This document shows, piece after piece, positions 31,756 through 43,924 of a stretch of 64,000 nucleotides of DNA. The position numbers and the translations under genes are program-made. The first letter of the stretch is position 1. Every line of letters begins with the position of its first letter. The stretch comes from Negaprion brevirostris (taxonomy: Eukaryota): the NCBI GenBank assembly GCA_030324005.1, contig JARDVH010000140.1, positions 29,522,268 to 29,586,267 of the forward strand, given 5' to 3'. The notes below the pieces were generated by a model. It ran no database searches and was not told the DNA's origin. It saw only the letters and a program-made list of their open reading frames with translations.

Positions 31756-33949
31756 TGAGCTGGTGCAGCATTGGATAATCAAGATCGTTCAAAATTTGAG
31801 TTTGTGACTGCTGAACATGCATATTTTTGTAGATTTGTCCCAGTGGCTGAGCTAGGTCTGTTCAGGCAGGCAATACACAAATTGGCATTGAGTGAATGTG
31901 CTATGACTCAAAGGATGAACTAATTTTTTACAAAAGCCTTTTGTCTGAGGCACACCAACGGTCAGATCCAGAGGATCCAAAGTGGTTTCACAAGTCCATA
32001 AATACGAAACGTTATTCACATTTTCGTAATTAAGACTGGGACAGGGATATTGGTGGCAGTGTGCTCAGACTGACAGATGTCACTACTGGAGCCTAAAATA
32101 TCCACTGTATCTGCGTCATTCAGCTCTGCCTCAGTGTATCCAGTTCTAATTACCTCCCAACAGAACGACTGAACCCAATACTTGGAATAGCCCACCCTCC
32201 CGCTGCGGTGTGAGATTTTCATTTCCTACAAGTAGTATTGACAACTTTGGGCTCAATCACAGGCAGCATCTGGATTGTCATCCACATTTGACAGAAATAA
32301 ATCTATGAAGAATTTCCCAGTCAAAGGGAAGAATAAGCTTGTCTTTTAACAGTTTCCAGTTTTTTAAGGGAATGTAAAGATATAAATTGTGAATATTAGA
32401 AAAGTACCTTCTAATATCGGTAATGTTTTTACCTGTTTGTTTGTTCTGACTGTAAAAAGAAATCTCAAAATCTAATAGGTCAATTGGAACAAAACTTGGT
32501 ACCGATAGTGTATGACATGAGGAAGAAATTTTTTTTTTAGAGAATTTGTGGATCTGATTTCAGGAATTAAATAAAAGATCCATGAACATTGGAAAATCTG
32601 GCAAACTGACCTTTTTTATCATGCTGCAGATTGTTTGTTTCGAATGCTGTGGGTTGTCTCAGCTGTCAAAATGTGAGCAGAGTTTTCAGGGCAGGTTCTT
32701 GGGTGTGGATTGGCCTCAAGCCTCCTGCCTGAAATGGAAGTTCTTCATAATTTTTTTTTCTGCTTTATGGTTACAACCAGATAGGGAAAAGCTGTGTAAT
32801 TGAAATAACGTTGCGTTTTCACAGCATGGCAAAGGTTTGTGCTCAACTGAGTTCCCTCTTCACTCATTGAAGTGAAAATGCTTTAACTGGAGTTCTTACG
32901 AGTAACATAAGGAGCCCTAGGCCAGTTTTATACCATGAATGCAAAATCCAACAGGTAAATTTGTGCGCAGACAGCTCTCAATTAATGAGTGTTTTGCTGC
33001 AAGTTTTAAATCACTTCAAAGCTGTCAGGCGAAGAAGATGTGGAATGTAGCTTGTCAAGGGGTGTAAAGCTAATCTTTTCACATACGATGCCATTGCTGT
33101 CCAATCCCTCTTGGTGTTTTCCCATCTTCTACAACAAAATGGAGTGAAGGGCAACAGCACTTGGTTAAAACATTCCTGTTCTACCGCCTCTTAACAAGCA
33201 CAATATTCTGTGCCATGAATCACGACTACTTGTTTTAGGGGAGTTTTACTGTTGGATTTTCTCATCCAGGTCATTGCTGTAATGCTCATACAAGCAATGG
33301 GATTGTGAAATGTATGTGCTTGTACAAGATGCAAGTTCAACTACAAGTGCCACCATTCAAGTAGCAATTGAAATGTTCAATTTTTAAATGTCAGATGTGG
33401 GTGCCGGATTAAGTGGTGATATAATGCAGGCAGGCATACATTTTGATGTGTAAAGCAGCTATTGTTTGAGGAAACAATGTGACGGATGGGCAGTACCACC
33501 CAGCATTTTTAAGATTTGTGGTAACCTACATACATACTTGAAAATGTTTGTTTTTTTTTGAAAGGTGATGGATGACATTGCAGCACACAGAGGGGAGGAA
33601 TTTGTGTGTAACTCGAAAGTGGTGTACTTTCTTATTTTGAGATGCTGACTCAGTGGAATCCTTTTCAAGCACTATGATNNNNNNNNNNNNNNNNNNNNNN
33701 NNNNNNNNNNNNNNNNNNNNNNNNNNNNNNNNNNNNNNNNNNNNNNNNNNNNNNNNNNNNNNNNNNNNNNNNNNNNNNNNNNNNNNNNNNNNNNNNNNNN
33801 NNNNNNNNNNNNNNNNNNAAAAGCCTAAGGGAATGTGCCTTTATCTTAAGGTGGCAGGATTGCAAAGGAAAGTAAGTGACGGTTCAGAGCCTCAAGAAAG
33901 AGTGACCCTGGAATGAATACGTCTTTTGATTCACCAGCTGGGCATTGAT

Positions 33950-34700
33950 GGCTAAATTATGAGGACAGGTCACATAAACTTTGTTTTATTCTGTTGAGTT
34001 CAAGGGATGATCTAGGATTTTATTCATTTATGGGACATGGGTTTCACTGGCTGGTCAGCATTTGTTGCCCATTTCCAATCGCCCTTGAATTAAATGGCTT
34101 GGTAGGCCATTTCAGAGGGCAGTTGAGAATCAACCACATTGCTGTGGCTCTGGAGTCACATGTAGACTCGGCTAGGTAAAGACAGATTTCCTTCCCTAAG
34201 GGACATTAGTGAACCAGGTGGGTTTTTCCAACAATGGTTGTGGTCATCAGTAGATTCTTCATTCCAGATATTTTTTATTGAATTCGAATTTCACCATCCT
34301 GTGGTGCGCTTTGAACCCAAGCCTCCAGAACATTAAGATGAGTTTCTGGATTAATAGTCTACCAATAATACCACTAGGCCATTGTCTTCCCAAGGCACGA
34401 AGAAGAAATTTCATCTGAAAATGGGAGAATCTAGAACATTATTGTAAAGTTAGAATAAGACCGTTTAGGATTAAAATTTGGACGTACTTTTTTAAACCGC
34501 TATGAAAATGTGGAATTTGCTGCCCTGGTAGATGCTGACTGAATTGAAATTTTTACAACTGAGATGGAAAGATTTTTGGTGATTAAGGGCAATGAAGATA
34601 TATGGAACAAGATGAGTAATTGAATTGGGGTGCTGAAGAGCAGTTATCTTGCACTGATGGCATAAGCTCCTGGGCCTGAATGGCCTACTCCTGTTCCTGT
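33950..34700 (+). mobile_element. Old CR1 3' end split by SINE-B
   Basis: ctaaattatgaggacaggtcacataaactt (LNYEDR..KL) resumes after 34392 and ends gggcctgaatggcctactcctgttcctgtg. Confidence 0.75.
34016..34392 (-). mobile_element. SINE-B, full length
   Basis: tattcatttatgggacatggg..ggagtcacatgtag..ttccctaagggacattagtgaaccag..aataataccactaggccattgtcttccc. Confidence 0.9.
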
Positions 34701-34735
34701 GAGCCCTGATTGATTTTTGAGTGCTGTAAAACACA

Positions 34736-35000
34736 GGGTGGGATTTTCTGGCACTGTCACCAGGGGGCACCATTGCGGGAGTTCAGGAGCATTTGGAAAC
34801 ACGTTGGCTTTTAATGCAGTGCTCCATGCTCTTTTGTGGTCTGACTCTGTGGATCGGTCAGCAGAGTCATACAACAAGCAGAAACAAGTTTGGCTAATCT
34901 GGAGTTACTAGTGTGGGATTTCAGCAGTGTTCTATGGGATTTGCTATTCCGCCAGTCGCAATGATTGGCAACTCCGACGTAACCAGAGTCTTCCGCCGTC
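34736..35000. mobile_element. PIF/Harbinger-like MITE remnant
   Basis: Begins agggtgggattttc (same terminus type as 2022, 6460, 49489), with a GC-rich decayed end near gtcttccgcc. Confidence 0.4.
34754..34772 (+). promoter_or_regulatory. CTCF core motif match inside MITE
   Basis: CTGTCACCAGGGGGCACCA compared with consensus TGGCCACCAGGGGGCGCTA. Motif match only. Confidence 0.35.
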
Positions 35001-35064
35001 TGAGTGCACTCATTACAATTTCACTCTCAGCAGATCTGGCTACATCTAGAATTTTTAAATAAAA

Positions 35065-35750
35065 TTATTTTAATTCATTCATGGGATGTGGGCATTGCTG
35101 GCTGGGCCAGCATTTATTACCCTGAGGGATTGAAGAGTCAACCGCTTTGCTGTGGATCTAGACTCATATGTAGGCCAGATGGCAGACTTCCTTCCCGAAA
35201 GGATATCAATGAACTTTTTTTATTTATTCATTCATGGTACGTGGGCATCACNNNNNNNNATTTATTTATTGCCCATCCCTAGTTACCCTTGGTGGGCAGT
35301 TGATAGTCAACCATGTTGCTGTGGCTCTCGAGTCATCTGTAGGCCAGACCTAATAAGGATGGAAGATTTCCTTCCCTAAAGGCCATTAATGAACCAGATG
35401 TGTTTTCCTGACAATTGACCATGAGTTCACAGTCATCAGTAGATTTTTAATTCCCAATATTTTTTATTGAATTCAAATTCCATCATCTGCTGTGGCGGGA
35501 TTCGAACCTCGGTCCCCAGAACAATAGTTGAGTTTCTGGATTAATAGTCTAGCAATAATAACACCAGGCCATCGCCTCCACATGGATTTTTCTGACAATC
35601 GACAATGGTTTCATAGTCATTATTCGACTTCAATTTTAGGTTTTTTTATTGAACCGACCAGGATTCAAACCCGGGTCCCCAGAACATTACCCTGTATCTC
35701 TGGATTGTCTAGTTTGTGCAGCATCAGTATCACAACGCCACTGCCTTCCC
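35065..35750 (-). mobile_element. SINE-B with a second SINE-B (35215-35579) nested in the same orientation
   Basis: The outer copy is split as ggatatcaatgaac|..|acatggatttttctgacaatcgacaatgg. The inner copy is complete, ending acaccaggccatcgcctcc. Confidence 0.88.
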
Positions 35751-37109
35751 TGAAAGCTCTCTGCTGGAAATGTTAACCCTGTCAGTCTCTCCACCGATAT
35801 CGCCAGCGTGGAGCATTTCCAGCCTGTTTTGTCCTCATCACAGAAATTACAAACCTGGAAATGACTGTCGATAGTTTGAGACTTAATGCAACATTCCTTT
35901 GTCAGCTCATTTGATGAATCCTTTTTGTCTTGTCTACTTGAAATAGACGAACACCTCTATTGAAAGAGCAAACAGGAAAACCATACAAATGTACTGAGTG
36001 ATTGCCCTCTCGTATTGTCAAGAGTAAATTTTAGGCTAGAGCATTATGAACAAGTGGGGGCCTGCTTCATAAACCAGGTGCGGAGCTGAAACAGAGGCGG
36101 GATCAACCTCTCACTTATTGTAAACCTCAGCGGTCATTTTTATAGCATCGAAGACTTTTATTTCAGTACAGTCCTAATTAAACTTTGACTTAACAAGCTT
36201 GCACAATTCCCAGCTCCTTCTGAAGTAACAGCTCATGTTGGCACATTTTCACTGTTTGGCACCATTGAGTTAGTTTTGTAGAACCATTCAGCGCCTCGAT
36301 TGGTAGTTTTAATTGAACTTCCCTTCCACAATTCCCTGCTGACGGAATAGATCTTTTCAGTTTTTTCTGTTTTTATTTTAAATTGCTTGGAAGTTTGACT
36401 TTCCTCAGCTTGTAAGAACAAGCAGTATTTCTTATTTAGCTCCAGTCCCGCCATTTTTAACTACACTTATTTAAATTGTCTTCTAAATTGCCATGCTGGA
36501 ATATGTAGGTGATAATGGTGTGTCGGTCTGATTGCAGGCAGTTTTACAATCCATTGAGACAGACCTGTCTCTTTTTTTCTGAGCTCAATTTTCTGCAGAT
36601 TTATAAGAATATGTTCATCAAAGAGCAAGGAAATTCAAGCTGCTCTCGACTTAGGGTTGATTTTTCGGATTCAAGTCTTGTTTTTTTTAAAGTTTAAAAA
36701 TTATAATCACAATGCACTCACGCAGAACAGTACAATATGTAGAAATGTCATCTTGGAAAGTCAGTTTCTTTTCATTCCAAATCCACAAATACAAACCGTA
36801 CATTGATGGAATTTTACCAAATCACAGAGTTGGACGAATGCACTAGTTTCTCTTTTGTGGCTGAAATATTCAGCCTTTAGGGGCTAGATTTTCCACTTGG
36901 AGATGTGAGACAGGAGCTAGTTCTGCTTTTGTCTCAGGAAACCCTCCTTCCAATGCCCATGTGATTTAGGAAGATGATGGACCCCCTACACCTAAAATGT
37001 AGGTTCCCTGACCTAAAATGGGCTACCGCAACTTTAACTTCTAACAGGTAAGGGTGTTGAATTTTGAAAATCCATTTTTACTCAGCCCCTTAAACTCATT
37101 CCACATCCA

Positions 37110-37435
37110 CAGGGTGGCACAGTGGTTAGCACTGCTGCCTCACAGCACAAGGGACCCAGGTTCAATTCGGGTGACTGTCTGTGTGGAGTTTGCACGGTCT
37201 CCCTGTGTCCACATGGATTTCCACCCTGGCTACTTCAGTTTCCTATCACAGTCCAATGATGTGCAGGCTGGGTTGATTGACCATACTAAATTCCCCCCTT
37301 AGTGTCCCAAGATGTATAGGTTAGGGGGATTAGCGGGATTAATACTTGGGGTAATGGGGTAAGTCTGGATATGAATCAGTGCGGACTTGATGGGCCAAAT
37401 GGCCTCATTTTGCATTCTAAAGATTCTATGATTGT
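37110..37435 (+). mobile_element. HE1-like V-SINE, tail type B
   Basis: agggtggcacagtggttagcactgctgcctcacagc..gggttcaatt..gacttgatgggccaaatggcctc..gattctatgatt. Confidence 0.92.
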
Positions 37436-37959
37436 GATGCTCCAGAAAACCACAGCCCCCATACAATTCCTGATCACAGGCTGAAAGTGCATCCTAGTTT
37501 GAACTGGCTTCTCAGCTGCAGAATTGTGTGTAGCCTGGGGAGCTGGAAGAGACTGAAAATAGAGAAGGGAGGAAACTAACTGAAGAGTCTGGGAAAACCA
37601 ACACCTGAAACTAAAATATGAAGCAACACATGCACTGCAGGTCAATGGAGAAGGCAAGGACATCGATGGTATGGATTTCAGTCTCCAGTATCCAAAATAC
37701 TTCAGAAACCAGGACTGCCACATGGTAACCTACATACACACTTCGATTGAAATGTCCACCATTTCAGCAACGTATCAACACACAATTTTATATTTGTTTG
37801 AAAGGCAGAAAAGCTGGCCGGGGCTTTCTCACCTCATCACTGCCGGGGTCATCCAGCCCCACCATAAGTTGGTGGATGGTATGCTGTATCTCCCCCCCAC
37901 TCCCCATGGTGGGTCCCGCTATGAAGGATGCAGTGAGTCCAGAAAGTCCCATCCACTGT

Positions 37960-38275
37960 TTCTACCTGGGGAACCCAAAACTAGGGGTGATAAACTAATC
38001 ATTAATAAATCCNNNNNNNNNNGAACATCTTCTTCAAGAAGAGTTAGAACTTGCTACCACATTGAGGCAAATAGTAAAAATCCATTTAGTTGGAAGCAGG
38101 ATAAATACATGAGGAATAAAAGTTTATTTATTAGTAAGTATGCTTACATTAACACTGCAATAAATAGAGGAATATGTTGATAAGATGAGATCAATTAAGG
38201 TGGGATGAATCTCCTGTGGAACACTGTTAGACATGGGTTGCATGGCCTTGTTTCTCTACTGTAAATTCTACATAA
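37960..38275 (+). mobile_element. Old CR1 3' end containing a ~45-bp minus-strand tail-A stub (38118-38161)
   Basis: ccaaaactaggggtgataaa..gaggcaaatagtaaaaatccattt..ggataaatacatgagg. Stub aaagtttatttattagtaagtatgcttacattaacactgcaat. Confidence 0.65.
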
Positions 38276-38634
38276 GTCTCTGTCATTTATTTCTGTTCCG
38301 TTTTGTCAGTTCTTCAGTCTTGTGCGTGTGTGACAATCCTAATGGAGCTACAAGACAAACACATCAGCCTCCCTGACGAGGGAAGGCAACAATGAAGTGG
38401 TGCTAAAACCATTTTAGATCAGACTTCACAAACTTTGGATGTGCCTGTTCCATACAGAGCTTGCTGATCACAAACAAGGCCGTTACAATTGAACTTGGTG
38501 GCCCTGGCTAAAAATTCACTTGGATTTCTTTTCCCAGTTCCTTCCAAAGTGACTTTGTTGCATGGCGGGTGAGAACAGCTCCTGGCTTGAGTGTGATGCC
38601 CTCTGGGCATGAATAGCTTGTCAGCATCGTAGGG

Positions 38635-38862
38635 TTTAAGTTTATTTATTAGTGTTACAAGTAGGCTTACATTAACAGTGCAATGAAATTACTGTGAAAA
38701 TCCCCCAGTCGCCACACTCTGGCGCCTGTTTGGGTACACTGAGAGAGAATTTAGCATGGCCAATGCACCGAACCAGCACGTCTTTCGGAAAGTGAGAGGA
38801 AACAGAAGCACCCGCAGGAAACCCGCGAGGAGAACGTGCAGACTCCGCACAGACAGTGACTC
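38635..38862 (-). mobile_element. HE1-like V-SINE, tail type A, 5'-truncated
   Basis: aagtttatttattagtgttacaagtaggcttacattaacagtgcaatgaaattactgtgaaaatcccccagtcgccacac..cagacagtgact. Confidence 0.92.
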
Positions 38863-39204
38863 AATTAAAGAAAACAATTTCGGAAAAGAAAAATTATGGT
38901 AATATTGGCAAAGTGGGGGCGGGGGAGTAAGAGGCCCAGTGTGAGCAATTACTACAACATCCATACCAGGTTTCACCGGTGTGTTGCTTGAAGTTCTTTT
39001 AACTGTTTTAGTGTTTATTAAAAATGTTAAGTTCCATGTGCGTTGGTGATAATTTGTGGCCTGGGAATGTGATAATTAATTGTAGCAAAAGTAAAAATGT
39101 TAACTACTCGAAGTTAATTATCACTTGCTGCACCTTAATTTGTGATACATTTGTGAGGATGTTTATAAACGAAATCTTAGAATACCACATGCTAATGAGC
39201 TCAG

Positions 39205-39370
39205 CCTATGAGGTGGTTGTGAAATCTTTCTATGATGTGGGTGGTCCCATTAGGCAGTTGTAGGGTCACCCTGTGAGGTGGATGTGGGGTTGACCTTATT
39301 TCAGGCCTGTGTGGGATCACCTTATGAGGCCCTTGTAGAGTGTTGTCCAATCAGGCACTTGTGGGATCTA
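39205..39370. repeat. Degenerate minisatellite, ~24-26 bp unit, ~7 copies
   Basis: Units include cctatgaggtggttgtgaaatct / cccattaggcagttgtagggtca / ccctgtgaggtggatgtggggttga / ccttatgaggcccttgtagagtg / ccaatcaggcacttgtgggatct. Confidence 0.65.
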
Positions 39371-39564
39371 ACTTGACCACTTTCATTTGGCCAGTCTAAA
39401 AACAACTGCTTTAATTGGCTGCTTGGCTATCCAGTAACCTGGCTAGAAATTGAGGTGATTGATTGATTGGAAGACACCAATACCACTCCAAATAAACAAC
39501 TAATTCCAAGAAAACATTCAAATCAAAAGCACGTTTAAAAAAACAGGAAGTTGAATCATTACCC

Positions 39565-39695
39565 GTGAAGATTATGGGGTGGAAGTAGGATTAGGCTGTT
39601 GAGTTGGATGATCAGCCATGATCGTGATGAATGGTGGAGCACGTCCAAAGGACCAAATGGCCTCCTCCTGTTCCGATCTTCCGTGTTTCTATGTA
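39565..39695 (+). mobile_element. CR1 3' UTR stub
   Basis: gatcagccatgatcgtgatgaatggtggagcac..ccaaatggcctcctcctgttcc..gtttctatgt. Confidence 0.8.
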
Positions 39696-40829
39696 AGATG
39701 CAGGTGTGGCCTTGATCTGTCAGCAATCATTGTCTAAGATTGTATGGGAAGAATAGACATTTGGGATGGTATTGGAGAATGGTCACTGCATAGGACCCTA
39801 TCACTCAATAAGCCAATATCCTGAGACAAAAATAGAAAATCAGACAGGGAAAGTTAATTTCAAAAATGCAAGATGTTCTGGCATGTGAGCCTCAGATGTT
39901 CTTGAGGTAATGGAAGAAACAGCAAATTGGGACATTTTGAAAGAGGACTCCAGATCAGTGTTGATTGCTAATTATTTTCCAGCAACTTGAACTGGATGAA
40001 AATATTAATCTCAACACCCTGTCAGTCTGAGAAACCACAAATCAGAATGAAATTTTACAGCGGATGGCGGAGGCGTCAGGATGGCCCAGCCACCCGTGGG
40101 CCTATTGATCATCCATTGATATTTTATCTGTGTCAGGAAAGGTCCAATCCATGTGTGGGAAACCAACACAGGCTGGTGGGGAAACCTTATGTGTAGGTCG
40201 CTTGTGGCCATTGGAGGCACCCTATCATATCGACCTTCTTCTTCCCTGCTCCCCCCCTGCCCCCACTCCGGCTTCTCAAACCCATTTTGCTATTGTGCTC
40301 ACTGCCAGCCTGATCCCAGCAAAATTCCAAACCCTCCATCCTTCTCACTTAGTTTGGCGCCAATGACAGTTTCCACTAAGGGTTATCTGCAGACCCAGCG
40401 GTAGCTACTGCTCCAGCCTGGCACTGCAGCTGGAGTGGATTTGGACCTGCCTTCTTGCCCCATCACTGTGGTTCTGACCTACCTTGGGGTCCAAGATGAC
40501 TTCCAATAATAGTATTGACCGAATAACATTAGGGTATAGACGGTAATGCACGACCTTTAAAAGAGAAAAATGCAATCTAAAAATAATTGACATTCTTGCT
40601 ATACAGGCAGTACACTTGGAATTTTTCTTGCATGTTATTACCTGTCTGAGAAAATTGGTTAATTATTTCCTTTGGTGACAAGATGTACTATTGAATTATA
40701 GATCTGAGTTCTGATAACTCAATTAAATAGTTGAGGACTTTCGACACCTAATCATTTGTGTGATGCTCAAGTTTGTACGTGACTAAAAATCCATACAGAG
40801 TGGAGTCAACAGTGCAGGGGAAGCATGAC

Positions 40830-41385
40830 AAACTACAAAGGAACAGGAATAGACCATTCAGCCATCAAACTGTTCCGCCTTTCAAGTCAGATGGTGCTGG
40901 TCTACACCTTAACCTATTTACTGAGTTTAATTCGATCTCCTTTCCATATCCAGGGGCAGCATGGTGGCGCAGTGGTTAGCATTGCTGCCTCACAGTGCCA
41001 GGGATCTGAGTTCAATTCTGGCCTTGGGACACTGTCTCTGAGGAGTTTGCACGTTCTCCCCTGCGTGTGTGTGTGTTCTCCGAGTGCTCCTGTTTCCTCC
41101 CACATTGCAACAATATGCAGGTTAGGTTGATTGGCCATGGTAAATTGCCCATAGTGTCAGAGGAACTAGCAGAGTGAATATGTGGGGTTACGGGGATAGG
41201 GCATGGGTGGAATTGTTGAGTGTGCAGGCTTGATGGGCTGAATGGCCTCCATCTGCGCTGTATGTATGATATAGGTTCTTACACTTATCTAACAAAAATC
41301 TATCAACCTAAGTTTTAAAATGTTGAACTGACCTAGTCTGAACAGCTGATTTTGGGCAAGAAAATTCACTACCCTTTGTGTGAAT
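40830..41385 (-). mobile_element. Old CR1 3' end split by V-SINE
   Basis: aggaacaggaatagaccattcagcc..ccatatcc resumes after 41270 as aacaaaaatctatcaacc..cactaccctttgtgtgaa. Confidence 0.7.
40953..41270 (+). mobile_element. HE1-like V-SINE, tail type B
   Basis: ggggcagcatggtggcgcagtggttagc..gtggggttacggggatagggc..gatgggctgaatggcctcc. Confidence 0.92.
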
Positions 41386-41867
41386 AAAGGACTGGAAATT
41401 TTGAAACCAAATTTAATATGAATTTGACAGATGTAGATTAAGCCCAACTGCTTTTTCCCCTGCCTCCTTTTGTGTCGATTTATTTCCCTTTGACCACTTA
41501 AAGCATTGACTCCTTGTCAAATGAGGTTCGACATGCTAAGTATGATGACCTTTGACCCAGAAGCAGTGCTGTTAGGAAAATTTTTCATTTTGTTAAAGTG
41601 TCTGTGGAATCTGTAACTAATTTTAATAATGTTTGAGAAAGGTTTTTAAGAATATATATCAATTGTAAAGGGATTAATTGTAATTTTCTTGAATAATGAT
41701 GATCAATGTGACCCGGCAAGGGTAGACCTGGCAGCAGCACTAACAGGAAGGTAAGGTACAAAAGGTATGAGACTATACAGGAGTAAGACAGAGATAGAAG
41801 CTACTGCTGTAAAGAAGAAAAGGGAGAGGTACAGGCAGAAGGTGATCAATGCACGGAAAGCAGACAG

Positions 41868-42190
41868 AGCAGCACAGTGGCACAGAGATTAGCACTTCTG
41901 CCTCACAGTGCCAGTGACCCAGGTTCAATTCCACCTTTGGATGACTGTCAGTGTGGAGTTTGCTCATTCTCCCCGTGTCTGTGTGGGTTTCCTCCCACAA
42001 TCCAAAGATGTGCAGGTTAGGTAGATTGGCCATAGTAAATTGTCCTTTAGTGTCTAAAGATGTGTAGGATAAGGAGATTAGTTGGGTAAATGTGCAGGGC
42101 TACGGCCTGACTAAAGTATCCTGAAAGTGAGTCGGTGCAGACGCGATGGGCCAAATGGCCACCTTCTGTACTGCAGAGATTCAATGGTTC
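41868..42190 (+). mobile_element. HE1-like V-SINE, tail type B
   Basis: gcagcacagtggcacagagattagcac..tcggtgcagacgcgatgggccaaatggccaccttctgtactgcagagattc. Confidence 0.92.
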
Positions 42191-42794
42191 TAGGGACTGA
42201 AAGAAGAACACATTCATTTGAGAAGAAGTCAATAAAGCTCTCTATGAAGATCCTGTTATGTTGGTCCTCCTTGTTGGGCAGGAAGAAGGGAAATAGAATG
42301 CTGGAAGCTCTTGGGATAAGTACAAGTGAATTAAAAAGGGACTGAATCCTAAGAAGTGATGCAGATAGCTCAGGCATGTGAAAGAGCTCAGTTTATAGTG
42401 TAAACCGGGCATTGTTGAAAAGGAACTCTGGAAAGCAAAACCATCAAGACTGCCTTGACCCCAGTGAAAGAGGTTTCGTAGACATGTGCCTTGTCACTGT
42501 TCACTGTATCCAGGGACCTCAGATGGAATTCAGCTGCTGGGGTATGCAACATGAGGATTGAATTGATTAATTTGAAAGCCTGTGAGATTGCATGTGTTAC
42601 GTTAGCGTGGGGAGGGATGCGAGTGCTCATGGTTGTGTAAGACATATCTTTGTCATAATTACCCCTCAAAACTGAAATTTGAAGTATTATTTGCCTCTTC
42701 ATTCATATTTAATTTGCATTAGTTTGGATTCGTGTTGAATTAAAGGTATAAAATGAAAGTGAAATTCCACCAAAAATCAATTGCCCACTCCTGT

Positions 42795-43640
42795 CAGTAT
42801 TATACACCAACTAGATGGAAAAGTTCTTTAACCTCAGTCACTTCCATGCCAAAGCTGAACTGATCATCAGAAACATGCATAATCTGTAGTTTGCAGATGA
42901 CGAGTGCCATTGCCCTCTGTGCACCAGACCTTTAAGCCCCTTCTGACCTTTTAATTGTTTGGCCTTGAATGTTGCCAGAGCAAAACCCAGATACCAGTCC
43001 ACAACCAGTCAATCAAATATTCCACTACCAATATATCATGAAAAAGAGACTCTGGAATATGTCAAATCCTTCCCATATTTTAGTAGCAATGCCTCTCAAA
43101 AGAGAAGATGCAAACCAGATCATCTGCGCCTGTTTAGCCTGCTAGCCTTGTTAATGAAAACCCCCTGCAAGTTATTAGAAGTCCAAGTGTACAGAACAAC
43201 ATGCTCCTGCAGCCAGACCTGGACTGTGCGCCAGTGACACATAAAAGCGCCAGAAAAAATCCACTGGCAACGCCAATGCTGCATCCTCCAAATTCAATTG
43301 GAGGACAGTCAAATGAATGCTAAGTATCCTGCTCCAAGCCAGCTCCACAAGCATTCAGATGAAACTCCCGCAAAATCAACTTCAGTGGACTGACCACTGT
43401 GTTTGAAAGACAGAGNNNNNNNNNNCGCCAAATCCGATTTTCCCAACCCTCAAATGGGGAACATTCCAGGGGAGGACAAAGAAAACACTTCAAAGACACT
43501 CTGAAGTTATCTTTGAAACACAAACAACTGGAAGGAGCTCGCTGCCCAATTGTTCAAAATGGTGACAATTTGTCCATCATGCTTTGAGCCAGTGCATCTT
43601 AATGATGAGGCAGAGCAGCAGAGGTGAGGGAAAGAAAAGG
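42795..43640 (+). mobile_element. RTE-clade LINE, RT to C-terminus, decayed
   Basis: LDGK(x)FNL..NL*FADD at 42811-42901, ETLEYVKSFPYFSS, and RQIRFSQPSNGEHSRGGQRKHFKDTLKLSLK matching the RTE C-terminal motif GxRSRGGQRKRFKDTLKxSLK. Confidence 0.85.
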
Positions 43641-43924
43641 AGGCAAACGTTCCACTCCCATTACCTTGTGGGTTATCCTGCCCCTTTTACTTAAACAGCT
43701 GTGGATCACGAATTGGTCACATGAAGACCCCTGCCAGAAAATTCAGAGCTTGAGTAGACATCATCCTCAAATTGAGGGACAACCTTTTTATTTGAAGTTT
43801 CATTTTTAGCTTGCTTTAGTTCCGATTTGTGTCCTGCCCTCCACGGGACGTAGACCATGCAAAGATCTGTTGACCTCGGGCAAGATTTTCCAGTCTTGGA
43901 GCGAGTGTGGCTAGAACATCTCAC

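Noticed and set aside
37110-37175. tRNA-like A and B boxes as tRNA genes (many copies)
   Set aside because: They are SINE heads continuing into the V core, without a complete cloverleaf or Pol III terminator.
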